Shown piece after piece: positions 1 to 9,321 of a stretch of DNA of 64,000 nt. Positions within the stretch are counted from its first letter, which is position 1. Each line of letters begins with the position of its first letter. The notes under the pieces are model-generated. The model ran no database searches. It was given only the letters and a program-made list of their open reading frames with translations, and had not been told where the DNA came from. This stretch comes from an uncultured bacterium. Lineage in GTDB: Bacteria; Acidobacteriota; Thermoanaerobaculia; Multivoradales; JAHZIX01. The DNA lies in the NCBI GenBank assembly GCA_965368975.1, contig CBDUPA010000022.1, positions 1 to 64,000 on the forward strand, in the 5' to 3' direction. The position numbers were made by a program, and so were the translations under genes.

Positions 1-3000
1 GGCAACGGAGAGCGCATCGCCCTCGTCCATGGACGCCAGCACCTCAGCTACAGCGAACTGTGTCGCCGTGCCGAAGCGCTGGCCGTCGAGCTGCGCCAGC
101 ACGGCGCCGGCCCGGAACGCGTCGTCGGCCTGTGTCTGCCGAGGAGCGTCGAGTTGGTGGTGGCGATCTTGGGCACGCTGCAGGCGGGCGCGGCGTACCT
201 GCCGCTCGACCCGGCGTATCCGGAGGAGCGGCGGCAGTTTAGTTTGGCGGATGGGGGAGCGGTAGCGGTGGTGGAGATGGAAGAAGGCTACCTTTCGATT
301 TCCGATGCGGCTGCGCCGCAGGGCACCCACACGGGGGTGCCCCTACATCAGAGCAGAGAGGGCGGCCTCGCATACCTCCTCTACACCTCTGGCTCCACCG
401 GCCGTCCCAAAGGCGTGCTGATCCCCCAATCGAACGTCCTGCGCCTACTCGACGCCACCGACCCCTGGTTCCACTTCGGGCCCGACGACACCTGGACGCT
501 CTTCCACTCCTACGCGTTCGACTTCAGCGTGTGGGAACTCTGGGGTGCCCTGGCCTACGGCGGACGCCTGGTCATCGTGCCCTACCTGGTGAGCCGCGAA
601 CCGGCACGCTTCCACCGTCTCTTGGCTGAACAACGCGTCACCGTGCTCAACCAGACGCCGTCCGCCTTCCGGCCGCTGATCGAGGCGGACGCCGGGGTGG
701 CTGCCGAGGGGGCCCCGCGCCTGCCGCTGCGACGGGTGATCTTCGGCGGTGAGGCGCTGGAGCCGGCGGCGCTGCGGCCGTGGGTCGAGCGCTACGGCGA
801 CGAGCAGCCGCAGCTGGTCAACATGTACGGCATCACCGAGACCACCGTGCACGTCACGCACCGGCGTCTGCACCGTCGCGACGTGGAAGGCAAAGCACCG
901 GCTAGCCTGATAGGCCCCGCTAGCCTGATAGGACGGGCGATCCCGGACTTGCGCCTCTACGTGCTCGACCGCCACGCGCAGCCGGTGCCCATCGGGGTCG
1001 TCGGTGAGCTGTACGTGGGTTCCGAGCCCGGACACGACGCCGGCCTGGCACGCGGCTACCATGGGCGTCCGGCCCTGACGGCACAGCGCTTCGTGCCGGA
1101 TCCGTTCGCCGACCGTACCCCCGCCCCGGGCGGCCCCCGCCTATACCGTTCCGGAGACCTCGTGCGCCACCGCGGCGACGGTGACCTCGAATACCTCGGC
1201 CGTGCCGACCATCAGGTCAAGGTACGTGGTTTCCGCATCGAGCTGGGCGAGATCGAAGCGGCCCTCGCGGCGCTCGAGAGCGTGCGCGAGGCGGCGGTCC
1301 TGGTGCAGGAACTCGGTGGCGACTCTCGGCTCGTCGCGTTCGTGGTCGGCGACAGTTTCGACCCAACCGAACTGCGCCAAGGCCTGCTCGAACACCTTCC
1401 CGACCACATGGTGCCGGCGCTCTTCGTGCCGCTCGACCGCCTGCCGCTGACCCCCAACGGCAAGCTAGACCGCAAGGCGTTGCGGGCGCTCGACGTCGAA
1501 GTGCCGGCCTTGGTCGAGCGTGTGCCACCGCGCGACGACCTCGAAGCGCGCATCGCGGCGCTGTGGAGCGAGGTTCTGGGTGTCGGCGAGGTCGGGGTGT
1601 ACGATGATTTCTTCGCCCTCGGTGGCCATTCGCTGCTGGCCTTGCAATTGCTCGGACGCATGCGGCGCGAGCTGGACGTCGAGGTACCGCTGGCGCGTCT
1701 CTTCGAGACTCCGACAGTGGCGGGTCTGGCTTTCTACATCGCCGAGCGGCGAGGAGCTTCCAACATCGCCGAGCGGCGTACGGTGACCGCGGATTCTCTC
1801 GCGCTACCGCCCTTGCTACCGCTCGACCACCCGGCCACGACCTCCGGCACGGCACCGCTGTCCTTCGCGCAGCAGCGACTGTGGTTGCTCCACCAGCTCG
1901 ACCCGGCGTCCAGCGCCTACCACGTGCCGCTGGTGCTGGAACTGCGGGGCGCTCTCGACATCGCCGCGCTTCAGCACGCCCTCGACACCCTGGTGGCCCG
2001 GCACGCGGTGCTGCGTACCCGCTTCCAGACAAGCGCGGACGGCGAGCCGGTGCAGCACATCGACCTGCCGTCCCCGCTACCGCTGCCCGTCTGTGTACTC
2101 CCCTGCGACCTCGAGGCCGAAGCGGTGGACGCCTGGGTGCGCTGGGCGATCCGGCAGCCCTTCGATCTGGAGCACACTGGTGAGCAAGCCGGGCCGTTGC
2201 GTGCGTCGCTGCTGCGCTTGCCGGCGGGACCGCGGGAGCGCCACCTGCTGGTGCTCGTGCTGCACCACATCGCTGCGGATGGCTGGTCCCTGGGAGTGCT
2301 GCTGCGCGAGCTGGGCGCCGCCTATCGCGGGCTAGTGCTGCCACCGCTGCCGTTGCAGTACGCGGACTTCGCGCGCTGGCAGCGAGCCGCGCTGCACGAA
2401 GTCGAGGCCGCCGAGTTGACCTACTGGCGCCAGCGGCTCGCCGGCTTGCCACCGCTGCTCGAACTGCCCACCGACCGGCCACGCCCGGCGGTGCGGCGCG
2501 ACGCGGGTGCACGCGTCGCCGTGCGCTTCACGCCGCCGCAGGTCGAGACCCTGCAGCAGCTGGCCCGCGCGCACGGCGCCACCCTCTTCTCCGTCCTGCT
2601 CGCCGGCTTCATGGCCTGGCTCGGCCGCCTCACCGGGGCTCGCGACGTCGCCGTCGGTACTCCGGTGGCAGGCCGCGACCCGGTGGACGTCGAGCCGCTG
2701 ATCGGCTTCTTCGTCAACACTCTGGTACTCCGCGGCGACCTGAGCGGCGAGCCGAGCGGCACTCCGACCTTCGAACAGTTCCTGGGCCACCTGCAGACCG
2801 CGACGCTGGCGGACGTCTCGCATCGAGCCTTGCCCTTCGAACGCTTGGTCGAGGCGCTGAGCCCTGAGCGGGCGACGGCCCACACGCCGCTGTTCCAGGT
2901 CATGCTGGCGTTGCAGAACGCACCGCTGGCCGCGCCCGAGCTACCGGGTGTCGAGGTGCGGGTGCGCGAGATCGATCCCGGCAGCAGCAAGTTCGACCTC

Positions 3001-6000
3001 ACCCTGGGGCTGGTGCAGCAAGACGGACGGGACGGCGCCCCACCGGGCGACCTGTGGGGTGCCCTCGAGTACGCCACCGACCTCTTCGACGCCACCACCA
3101 TCCGGCGCTGGACGGCCCAGCTGCAGCGGCTGCTGCTCGCCGCCGCGCGGGCCCCGTCGACCCCACTGGCGGCCCTGTCGCTGCTGTCGCCGGCCGAGCA
3201 GCAGACTGTCGCCCACGAGTGGCCCGCCATGGCGAGTGTCCCCAACACGCAGGATCTCTTCCCCCACCGCATCGCCGCCCAGGTCAGGGCGCAGCCGGAC
3301 GCCGTCGCCCTGGTGCACGAGACGCATCACCTCAGCTACCGCGAGATCTGGCGCCGTGCCACGTCGCTGGCCGCCGACCTGCGCCGCCGAGGTGTGGGGC
3401 CGGAAGTGCCGGTCGCCGTCTGCTTGCGGCGCGCGCCGCGTTTGCTCGTCACCCTGCTGGCGGTGCTCGAATCAGGCGGCTTCTACGTGCCGCTCGATCC
3501 TACCTATCCGTCAGAGCGACTGCGTTTCACGCTCGACGACGCCGGCGCCGTGCTGTTGCTCACCGAGCGGCGCCTGGACACCTTGACCGCCGACCTCGAC
3601 GTACCGCGGCTCGATCTGGATTCTCTCGATTCTGAAGCCAGCAACCGCGAACCAGGCTCGTCGACCTGCCCAGCCGCACCCGCCAACCTGGCCTACACCA
3701 TCTACACCTCCGGTTCCACGGGCCGGCCCAAGGGCGTGGCGATCGTGCACGCCAGCACCGCCGGGCTGGTGGAGTGGACGGCGCGCACGTACTCCACCGC
3801 CGAACTGCAGGGCGTGTTGGCCGCGACGTCGGTGTGCTTCGACATCTCGGTGTTCGAACTCTTCGTCACCCTCAGCCTGGGCGGCCGCATCGTCCTGGCT
3901 GAGAACGCGCTGGCGTTGCCGTCGCTGCCGGCGGCCTCGGCGGTGCGCCTGGTCGACACGGTGCCGTCGGCGGTGGCGGAGCTGTTGCGCGGGGCGGATG
4001 CCGATGCCGGCGGCCACCCGCGCGGCCTACCGGCTGGCGTGCTCACCGTCAACCTGGCGGGCGAGACCGTGTCGCGGGACCTGTTGCGACGGTTGGAAGC
4101 CGGTATAGGGCCGCGCGCCATCAACCTCTACGGGCCGTCCGAGGACACCACCTTCTCCACCTGGGCCGTCGTCTCGGACCCGGCGCGCGGCGTACTGAGC
4201 ACCCTGGACGATACCTCGTCCGTCAGCATCGGTCGCATGCTCGACGGCGGCAGCGGTTGGGTCCTGGACCGCGTTGACCAACCGGTGCCCATCGGTGTGG
4301 CCGGCGAGCTTCTCGTGGGCGGACTGGGCGTCAGTCGCGGCTACATCGGCCGGCCCTCGCTCACCGCCTCGCGCTACGTACCGGATGCCCACAGCCGTGA
4401 GATCGGCAGCCGCCTCTACCGCACGGGCGACCTGGTGCGCTGGCGCACGGACGGCAGCCTGAGCTTCCTGGGACGCATCGACCACCAGGTCAAGGTACGG
4501 GGCTTCCGCATCGAGCTGGGCGAGATCGAAGCCCGCCTCGACCGCCATCCTGCCCTCGCCTCGGCTGCTGCCGGCGTGCGTCGCTGGCCGTCCGGAGATC
4601 AGCTGGTCGCCTACGTCGTTGCCCATGCTGGGGTCGCACGGCCAAGCGTCGCCGAACTGCGCGCTTTCTTGGCCGAGACCTTGCCCGCTCACCTGGTGCC
4701 GGCGCGCTGGCGCTGGCTGGACGCCATGCCGCTGACGCCCAACGGCAAGACCGATCGTCGCGCGCTGGCGGCTCTCTTGTGGGAAGAAGCAACCGGGGGC
4801 GAAGACGGCACGGGCGTTCCCGACGGTGAGGCCGCCGTGCCGCCGGAGGGCCCCGTCGAGGAGCTGCTGGCGTCCCTGTGGCGCGCGACGCTGAGCTTGC
4901 CCGTCGCGACGCCGGTGCACCGCGCCTCCAACTTCTTCGATCTTGGCGGCCACTCCCTGCTTGCCACCCGTGTCGCCAACCGCGTGCGCGAACAGCTCGA
5001 CGTCGTGCTGCCGCTGGCCGAGGTCTTCGCCGCGCCCACCCTGGCCGAGTTGGCCGCTCGCGTCGAGGCGCTGCGCTCGGCCGGGAGCGGGGTCGCAGTA
5101 CCACCGCTCGTCCCAGGCGCAGACGGCGATCCCGGCGGCGGCGATCGCACCGCGCCGCTCAGTTTCGCGCAGGAACGCCTTTGGTTCATCGAGCAGTTGC
5201 AGCCCGGCAACTTTGCCTACAATGTGCCGCTGGCGCTGGTCCTGACGGAGCGTGCAGCGGGAGCGCTGCGCGTCGAACGACTCGCCGCCGCGCTGGCGTC
5301 CGTGTGCCGCCGTCACGAAGCCCTGCGTACCACCTTCGCCGAGGTCAACGGCCGGCCGCGGCAAGTGATTGCCCCGGCCTCGTCCGTGCCTCTACACCTG
5401 GCCTTGCCCTGCGTCGACCTGGAGCGGTTGCCGGCCGACGTGCTGGGGCCGGAAAGCCGCCGCCTGGCCACCCGGGAGGCGCGGCGTGTGTTCGACCTGC
5501 AAGCGGGGCCGTTGGTGCGTGGGGTGGTGGTCAGAAGGCCCTGTAGCACAGCCGCAGCCGGTACCGGCCTTCTCCTGCTCACCCTGCACCACCTGGTTTC
5601 TGACGCCTGGTCCTTCGACATCCTGCTAGCCGAAGTCGCCGCCCACCTCCGCGAGCAGGAGCTGCCGCCGCTGCCGGTCCAATATGCCGACTTCGCCACC
5701 TGGCAGCGCCGCGACGAGGTCCGAGAGCAGCTCTTCGACCGCCAGCTCGACTACTGGCGCCGGCAGCTGGCGGGCGTTCCAGAGGCGTTGGATCTGCCGT
5801 TCGACCATCCACGGCCGGCCGTGCAGACCTGGGCCGGTAGTGCAGTACCGTGGGCGTTGCCGGCGTCCTTGTGCCGGGATCTCGACACCTTCGGGCGCCG
5901 TCATGGCTACACCCCCTTCATGCTGCTGAGCGCCGCCTTCCAGGCCGTGCTCGGACGCTACGCCAACGCCCGGGACGTGTGCACCGGCATGCCGATCGCC

Positions 6001-8583
6001 GGCCGGGGTCGGCGCGAGACGGAAGGGCTGATCGGCTTCTTCACCAACACCCTGGTGCTACGCGCACGGCTCGACCCCGGCCTGCGCGGTGACGAGCTGC
6101 TGCGCCGGCAACGCACCGCCGCGCTCGCAGCCTACGACCACCAGGACATTCCCTTCGAGCGCTTGGTCGACGAGCTCCAGCCGGCCCGTGCCCTCAGCCA
6201 CCAGCCGCTGTTCCAGGTGCTCGTCTCGTTGCAGGCTTCGAGTTTTGGGGGCCTTGCCGCGAGCTTGCCCGGCCTCGATGTCGAGGTTCTCGATGTCGAC
6301 CGTGGCAGCGCCAAGTTCGACATCGCTCTCTTCTTGCGCCAGGAGGAGAGGGCCAGCTTCGCCGGTGGCTTCGAGTTCAACCTGGCCCTCTTCGACCGCA
6401 GCACGATCGAACGCCTGCGCCACCACACCGAGTCCTTCCTGCGCGCCCTGCTGCAGCGGCCCGAGGTGCCGATCGACGCACTGTCGCTGCTGTCGGCGAG
6501 TCAGCGTCAGCAACTGCTGCGCGAGTGGCAAGGCTTGCCCCTGGCCCGGACAGCGCGCCCTTCCTACCGTCCCGTCCAGCGTGCCGTCCTCGACTTCGCC
6601 GACGCTACCCCGGACGCCACCGCCCTGCTGTTCTACGCCGGCTTCGCCGGAGCTCCCTATCCGGGCACCCTCAGCTACGGCGAACTGGCGCGCTACGTGC
6701 GCCGTCTGGCCGCCTGGCTGCAACGTCCCAAAGCGGGACCTGCCGGCGTCAGTCCTGCGGGTGTCGGTTCCGCGCGTGTTGGCTTGGGGCATGTCGTCGC
6801 CGTCGTCTGCGGACGCTGCCCGGAACTCTTCATCGCCCTGCTCGCCACCCTCGAAGCCGGCGCCGCCTTCCTGCCCGTCGACCCCACCTACCCGCAAGCG
6901 CGGCGTGACTTCATGCTCGAAGATAGCGGCGCCACCATCGTGCTGACCCAGCGCGACATCCAGGCCGCCCTGGTCTCGACCCGTGGTGAAGCCGACGCCA
7001 TCCTCGCTGCCGCCACTGCCCGCGCCGCCGCGCGCGCCGCTGCCCGCGCCACCGGGCGTGCTACTGCAGCGAATCCACCCAGTGTCGACACGCCGGCCTA
7101 CGTCATCTATACCTCCGGCTCCACCGGTCGTCCGAAAGGTACCGTCGTTGGCCACCACACCCTCGGCAACCTGCTGCACTGGCAGCACCGGCGCACGCGG
7201 GAGCTGCACGGTGCGGCGCAGAAGGATCGCCCCCTGCGCACCCTGCAGTTCAGCTCGCCCAGCTTCGATGTCGCCCAGCAGGAGATCTTCGCCACCTGGC
7301 AAGCCGGCGGCACTCTCGTCCTGCTCGGCCACGGCGAGCGCCGCGACCCCACCCAAGTCCTGCGCCGTCTCGCCGAAGCCGGCGTCGAGCGTCTGTTCCT
7401 GCCCTTCGTCGCGCTGCAACAGCTGGCCGAGCTCGTCCACGCCGGTGTCCACCGTCACGAGTTGCCCACCCAGCTGCGCGAAGTCGTCACCGCGGGCGAG
7501 CAGCTGCGCGTCACCCCGCAGCTGCGCGGCCTCTTCCGTCGCCTGCCCGGCTGCCGCTTGTGGAACCACTACGGCCCTTCCGAGACGCACGTGGTCACCA
7601 CCGAGCTGCTGGTCGACGATCCCCAAGCCTGGGACGACCTCCCCGCCATCGGTCGCCCCATCGACGCCACCACCGTCTACCTGCTGCCTCCGTCCACCGC
7701 CCCCAGCCGCGAACCCGTGCCGCCCGGTGTCGCCGGTGAGATGTGCCTGGCTGGTCAAGCCCCCGGATTCGGCTACCTGCGCCGCCCCGCCGCCACCGCC
7801 CGTGTCTTCGTGCCGGACCCCTTCAGCGAAGATCCCGGCGCCCGCATCTACCGCAGCGGCGACCTCGCCCGCACCCGCCCCGATGGCCGCCTCGACTTCC
7901 TCGGCCGTGCTGACCACCAGGTCAAGGTGCGTGGCTTCCGCGTCGAGTTGGGGGAGATCGAGGCGGTCCTGAGTCGCCTGCCACAACTGCGCGACGCGGT
8001 CGTCGTGGCGCGCGAAGATGTTCCCGGCGACAAGCGCCTGGTGGCCTACCTGCTCGCTGCCGCAGGCGTCGACCTGGAAGATCCGGCGACCGTCGCCCAG
8101 CTGAAAGACCAGCTGAGCGTCGAGTTGCCAGAGCACATGCTGCCGTCCGTCCTGATGCCGCTGGAGACCCTGCCCTTGCTGCCGAGCGGCAAGGTGGACC
8201 GCAAGGCGTTGCCAGCGCCGACGCTGGTCAAGACGGGGGCGGCGTATGTGGCGCCGGAGAACGAAGTTGAGACGGTGATCGCGGGGGTGTGGAAGGAGGT
8301 TCTGCACCTGGAGCAGGTCGGCGTCGAGGACAATTTCTTCGAGATCGGTGGTAGTTCCCTGTTGATCGTCCAGCTGCGCAGCCGTCTGCAGGAAGCGCTA
8401 GGACGCCAGATCCCGCTGGTCGAGCTGTTCCAGTATCCGACGGTGCGGGCGATGGGGGAGCGGTTCGGGAAGGGGGAAGGAGAGGCGGAGGAGAAGTCAG
8501 AGGCGTTGGAGGCGGTGCAGGATCGAGGGAAGGCGCGGAAGAAGTCGTTGGCGCGGTTGAAGAAGAAACGGCGGCGGCGGTAG
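1..8583 (+). CDS. Non-ribosomal peptide synthetase, 5'-truncated by the window; A-PCP-C-A-PCP-C-A-PCP, no thioesterase
   Basis: Frame is open from base 1 (GNGERIALVHGRQHLSYSEL...). Three YTSGSTGRPKG A-domain cores. PCP motifs FFALGGHSLL, FFDLGGHSLL, FFEIGGSSLL. C-domain motifs HHIAADGWS and HHLVSDAWS. Specificity residues read by eye: DFWNIGMV (Thr), DIFDNALT (Ala-like), DVQFVAHV (Pro). Confidence 0.97.
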   Translation, partial: GNGERIALVHGRQHLSYSELCRRAEALAVELRQHGAGPERVVGLCLPRSVELVVAILGTLQAGAAYLPLDPAYPEERRQFSLADGGAVAVVEMEEGYLSISDAAAPQGTHTGVPLHQSREGGLAYLLYTSGSTGRPKGVLIPQSNVLRLLDATDPWFHFGPDDTWTLFHSYAFDFSVWELWGALAYGGRLVIVPYLVSREPARFHRLLAEQRVTVLNQTPSAFRPLIEADAGVAAEGAPRLPLRRVIFGGEALEPAALRPWVERYGDEQPQLVNMYGITETTVHVTHRRLHRRDVEGKAPASLIGPASLIGRAIPDLRLYVLDRHAQPVPIGVVGELYVGSEPGHDAGLARGYHGRPALTAQRFVPDPFADRTPAPGGPRLYRSGDLVRHRGDGDLEYLGRADHQVKVRGFRIELGEIEAALAALESVREAAVLVQELGGDSRLVAFVVGDSFDPTELRQGLLEHLPDHMVPALFVPLDRLPLTPNGKLDRKALRALDVEVPALVERVPPRDDLEARIAALWSEVLGVGEVGVYDDFFALGGHSLLALQLLGRMRRELDVEVPLARLFETPTVAGLAFYIAERRGASNIAERRTVTADSLALPPLLPLDHPATTSGTAPLSFAQQRLWLLHQLDPASSAYHVPLVLELRGALDIAALQHALDTLVARHAVLRTRFQTSADGEPVQHIDLPSPLPLPVCVLPCDLEAEAVDAWVRWAIRQPFDLEHTGEQAGPLRASLLRLPAGPRERHLLVLVLHHIAADGWSLGVLLRELGAAYRGLVLPPLPLQYADFARWQRAALHEVEAAELTYWRQRLAGLPPLLELPTDRPRPAVRRDAGARVAVRFTPPQVETLQQLARAHGATLFSVLLAGFMAWLGRLTGARDVAVGTPVAGRDPVDVEPLIGFFVNTLVLRGDLSGEPSGTPTFEQFLGHLQTATLADVSHRALPFERLVEALSPERATAHTPLFQVMLALQNAPLAAPELPGVEVRVREIDPGSSKFDLTLGLVQQDGRDGAPPGDLWGALEYATDLFDATTIRRWTAQLQRLLLAAARAPSTPLAALSLLSPAEQQTVAHEWPAMASVPNTQDLFPHRIAAQVRAQPDAVALVHETHHLSYREIWRRATSLAADLRRRGVGPEVPVAVCLRRAPRLLVTLLAVLESGGFYVPLDPTYPSERLRFTLDDAGAVLLLTERRLDTLTADLDVPRLDLDSLDSEASNREPGSSTCPAAPANLAYTIYTSGSTGRPKGVAIVHASTAGLVEWTARTYSTAELQGVLAATSVCFDISVFELFVTLSLGGRIVLAENALALPSLPAASAVRLVDTVPSAVAELLRGADADAGGHPRGLPAGVLTVNLAGETVSRDLLRRLEAGIGPRAINLYGPSEDTTFSTWAVVSDPARGVLSTLDDTSSVSIGRMLDGGSGWVLDRVDQPVPIGVAGELLVGGLGVSRGYIGRPSLTASRYVPDAHSREIGSRLYRTGDLVRWRTDGSLSFLGRIDHQVKVRGFRIELGEIEARLDRHPALASAAAGVRRWPSGDQLVAYVVAHAGVARPSVAELRAFLAETLPAHLVPARWRWLDAMPLTPNGKTDRRALAALLWEEATGGEDGTGVPDGEAAVPPEGPVEELLASLWRATLSLPVATPVHRASNFFDLGGHSLLATRVANRVREQLDVVLPLAEVFAAPTLAELAARVEALRSAGSGVAVPPLVPGADGDPGGGDRTAPLSFAQERLWFIEQLQPGNFAYNVPLALVLTERAAGALRVERLAAALASVCRRHEALRTTFAEVNGRPRQVIAPASSVPLHLALPCVDLERLPADVLGPESRRLATREARRVFDLQAGPLVRGVVVRRPCSTAAAGTGLLLLTLHHLVSDAWSFDILLAEVAAHLREQELPPLPVQYADFATWQRRDEVREQLFDRQLDYWRRQLAGVPEALDLPFDHPRPAVQTWAGSAVPWALPASLCRDLDTFGRRHGYTPFMLLSAAFQAVLGRYANARDVCTGMPIAGRGRRETEGLIGFFTNTLVLRARLDPGLRGDELLRRQRTAALAAYDHQDIPFERLVDELQPARALSHQPLFQVLVSLQASSFGGLAASLPGLDVEVLDVDRGSAKFDIALFLRQEERASFAGGFEFNLALFDRSTIERLRHHTESFLRALLQRPEVPIDALSLLSASQRQQLLREWQGLPLARTARPSYRPVQRAVLDFADATPDATALLFYAGFAGAPYPGTLSYGELARYVRRLAAWLQRPKAGPAGVSPAGVGSARVGLGHVVAVVCGRCPELFIALLATLEAGAAFLPVDPTYPQARRDFMLEDSGATIVLTQRDIQAALVSTRGEADAILAAATARAAARAAARATGRATAANPPSVDTPAYVIYTSGSTGRPKGTVVGHHTLGNLLHWQHRRTRELHGAAQKDRPLRTLQFSSPSFDVAQQEIFATWQAGGTLVLLGHGERRDPTQVLRRLAEAGVERLFLPFVALQQLAELVHAGVHRHELPTQLREVVTAGEQLRVTPQLRGLFRRLPGCRLWNHYGPSETHVVTTELLVDDPQAWDDLPAIGRPIDATTVYLLPPSTAPSREPVPPGVAGEMCLAGQAPGFGYLRRPAATARVFVPDPFSEDPGARIYRSGDLARTRPDGRLDFLGRADHQVKVRGFRVELGEIEAVLSRLPQLRDAVVVAREDVPGDKRLVAYLLAAAGVDLEDPATVAQLKDQLSVELPEHMLPSVLMPLETLPLLPSGKVDRKALPAPTLVKTGAAYVAPENEVETVIAGVWKEVLHLEQVGVEDNFFEIGGSSLLIVQLRSRLQEALGRQIPLVELFQYPTVRAMGERFGKGEGEAEEKSEALEAVQDRGKARKKSLARLKKKRRRR
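321..347 (-). repeat. GTAG-family REP-like palindrome inside the NRPS coding sequence
   Basis: Minus strand reads TGTAG-GGGCACCC-CCGTGT-GGGTGCCC, the same layout as the intergenic copy at 17143-17169. Confidence 0.6.
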
Positions 8584-8589
8584 GGGCGC

Positions 8590-8895
8590 CTAGTTCTTGG
8601 TGGCGAGTTGCTGGCGGAGCTGTTCGAGGGCGGCGGAGTCGGCTTCGAGATCGGGGTGGCCGAGTTTCGCCTCCTGGGCGATGCAGGCTTCCAGGGTCTC
8701 CATGGCTTCGGGTAGGCGGTCGAGGTCGCGGAGGACGGGCCCAGCGGTCCCCGACCTCTCTTCGAACGTTGAGAGCTTCGTTGTATTTCTCGAGTGCCAC
8801 CTGTTTCTGTCCGAGGTGTGAGTAGACGGCCGCGATGTTGTTGAGTGTGGGTCCTCTCCAGCCCTGTCTCCGACCTCTCGGGTAACTGCTGGTGG
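8590..8895 (-). pseudogene. Frameshifted remnant of a tetratricopeptide-repeat protein C-terminus
   Basis: TPR-like text is split across two frames: AVTREVGDRAGE (frame A), PTLNNIAAVYSHLGQKQVALEKYNEALNVRREVGDR (frame B), LDRLPEAMETLEACIAQEAKLGHPDLEADSAALEQLRQQL (frame A). No convincing start. Confidence 0.75.
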
Positions 8896-8993
8896 ATCGA
8901 GCGCCGTAGCTCGGGGGCGGTGGTTGGGCATCGTCGTGTTCGAGAATTGCAGACCAAGTAGTTTGGCGAATTGTACCCAAGACACACGTCATA

Positions 8994-9054
8994 CTTCCTT
9001 CAGGAAATCCAACCGACCGCATGGAGCGGCTCCGCGGAGGTTTCCGGAAGGAAG
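8994..9054 (+). promoter_or_regulatory. Structured 5' leader copy 1 (hairpin that pairs with the Shine-Dalgarno)
   Basis: CTTCCTTCAGGAAA...CCGC-ATGGA-GCGG...TTTCCGGAAGGAAG; the 5' CTTCCTT is complementary to AAGGAAG just before the ATG at 9059. Similar to 9251-9316. Confidence 0.55.
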
Positions 9055-9058
9055 AACT

Positions 9059-9157
9059 ATGTCCACCACTCAGCTCGTCGTCTCGACTCTGTCCACCTGG
9101 AGCCGTGGCGCCACCTACGATCCAGATGGTCTACCCGTCGTACTTGCGGAGCGCTGA
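9059..9157 (+). CDS. Small peptide (32 aa) with RGATYDPDG motif
   Basis: MSTTQLVVSTLSTWSRGATYDPDGLPVVLAER; GGAAGGAAG RBS; motif shared with the ORF at 9322. Confidence 0.6.
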   Translation: MSTTQLVVSTLSTWSRGATYDPDGLPVVLAER

Positions 9158-9250
9158 GTTCCGCCCGCTCTCCATCTTTTTTGGTTCTCTCACTGAATTT
9201 CTTGTGATTCTCGGCTTGAACTCTTCCTGCTTCGACGCATGAGTCGCACA

Positions 9251-9316
9251 CTTCTTTTCAGGAGAGTCCCACGGGCCGCATGGTGCGGCCTTGTGGTGGT
9301 TCCCTGAAATGAGGAG
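9251..9316 (+). promoter_or_regulatory. Structured 5' leader copy 2
   Basis: CTTCTTTTCAGG...CCACG-GGCCGCA-TGG-TGCGGCC-TTGTGG...CCTGAAATGAGGAG; aligns with 8994-9054. Confidence 0.55.
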
Positions 9317-9321
9317 ACGTA

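Noticed and set aside
6058-8307. Long antisense ORFs (e.g. 6058-8307, 11888-13900, 29051-30595, 37276-38886, 52980-54575)
   Set aside because: Shadow ORFs opposite well-supported genes in high-GC DNA, with no recognisable motifs.
8579-8592. Third REP copy at the NRPS stop (GTAGGGGCGCC)
   Set aside because: Only the head matches; the second stem arm is absent.
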